NCBI GenBank assembly: GCA_023136205.1
Contig: JAGLRQ010000164.1
Coordinates: 1-5,713 of the forward strand
DNA from: Candidatus Auribacterota bacterium
GTDB lineage: Bacteria > Auribacterota > UBA6266
DNA length: 5,713 bases
Direction of reading: 5' to 3'
The number at the start of each line of letters is the position of its first letter. Within the stretch, counting starts at the first letter, position 1. The notes below the pieces were generated by a model that did no database searches, was not told where the DNA came from, and saw only the letters and a list, made by a program, of their open reading frames with translations. The position numbers and the translations under genes are program-made. This document shows, piece after piece, positions 5,560 to 5,713 of this stretch.

Positions 5560-5713
5560 ATGAAAGAAAAACTTATTTCTAAAAAGAAAATTTACAAAGG
5601 AAAGATATTCAGCCTTGAGTGCGCGAAAGTCAAAATCAAAAACGGAAGAACAGCTGAAAGAGATATAATAAGACATGGCGGAGCCGCGGCAATTGTCCCC
5701 TTTACAAAATCAA
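5560..5713 (+). CDS. Nudix hydrolase, ADP-ribose pyrophosphatase-like, N-terminal 51 codons (3' end outside the window)
   Basis: ATG at 5560 is preceded by GGGGG (5548-5552) with a 7-nt spacer. The frame stays open to the window end: MKEKLISKKKIYKGKIFSLECAKVKIKNGRTAERDIIRHGGAAAIVPFTKS. The pattern 'i.kG.if.l....v.l.nG....re.v.H.gAvaivp' is typical of the N-terminal domain of NudF-type ADP-ribose pyrophosphatases. The Nudix box itself lies beyond the window. This ORF is absent from the supplied track because it has no stop in the window. Confidence 0.7.
   Translation, partial: MKEKLISKKKIYKGKIFSLECAKVKIKNGRTAERDIIRHGGAAAIVPFTKS

Noticed and set aside
1-5713. Scan for CRISPR repeats, IS or transposon ends, integrase or recombinase genes, toxin-antitoxin pairs, tRNA/rRNA genes and long direct or inverted repeats
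   Set aside because: None was found by eye. Every ORF of 100 aa or more that is not a shadow frame is accounted for by housekeeping functions or the single hypothetical membrane protein. The only repeats seen are the short ones reported above.

Overview
This is an AT-rich bacterial core-metabolism locus (composition judged by eye, not computed). I found no CRISPR array, transposase, integrase, tRNA/rRNA gene or recognisable defence or toxin gene, and no convincing new multi-gene system. The + strand carries the last 71 codons of carbamoyl-phosphate synthase large subunit (carB), then an unannotatable 115-aa three-helix membrane protein. The - strand carries a tightly packed five-gene operon, leuC-leuD-leuB-asd-truA (5279 down to 618). 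It is driven by a near-consensus sigma70-type promoter at 5318-5346 with only a short 5' UTR. The genes are linked by start/stop overlaps (ATGA, TTGA) or 17-18 nt gaps. A 280-bp A-rich divergent intergenic region separates leuC from the 5' end of a Nudix (ADP-ribose pyrophosphatase-like) gene that runs off the window. The Leu enzymes are the short 'archaeal/type-2' LeuCD and an 'ENTEG'-type (tartrate/homoisocitrate-DH-like) dehydrogenase, so their substrate assignment is less certain than the names imply. Six modest items deserve a second look: (a) the orphan membrane ORF, which has no Shine-Dalgarno (SD) sequence, may be leaderless, and overlaps the truA 3' end convergently by 7 bp; (b) a perfect 3x heptamer repeat GTGAATn between leuB and asd that places TGA in all three frames; (c) a purine-rich (N)GAGA repeat block with a distal imperfect inverted partner in the leuC/nudix intergenic region; (d) a 12-codon Ile/Val/Leu-rich mini-ORF upstream of the Nudix gene; (e) an unusually basic, Cys-containing N-terminal extension and ambiguous non-ATG start of truA; (f) the LeuCD specificity loop and dehydrogenase subfamily. 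All are low-to-moderate interest.
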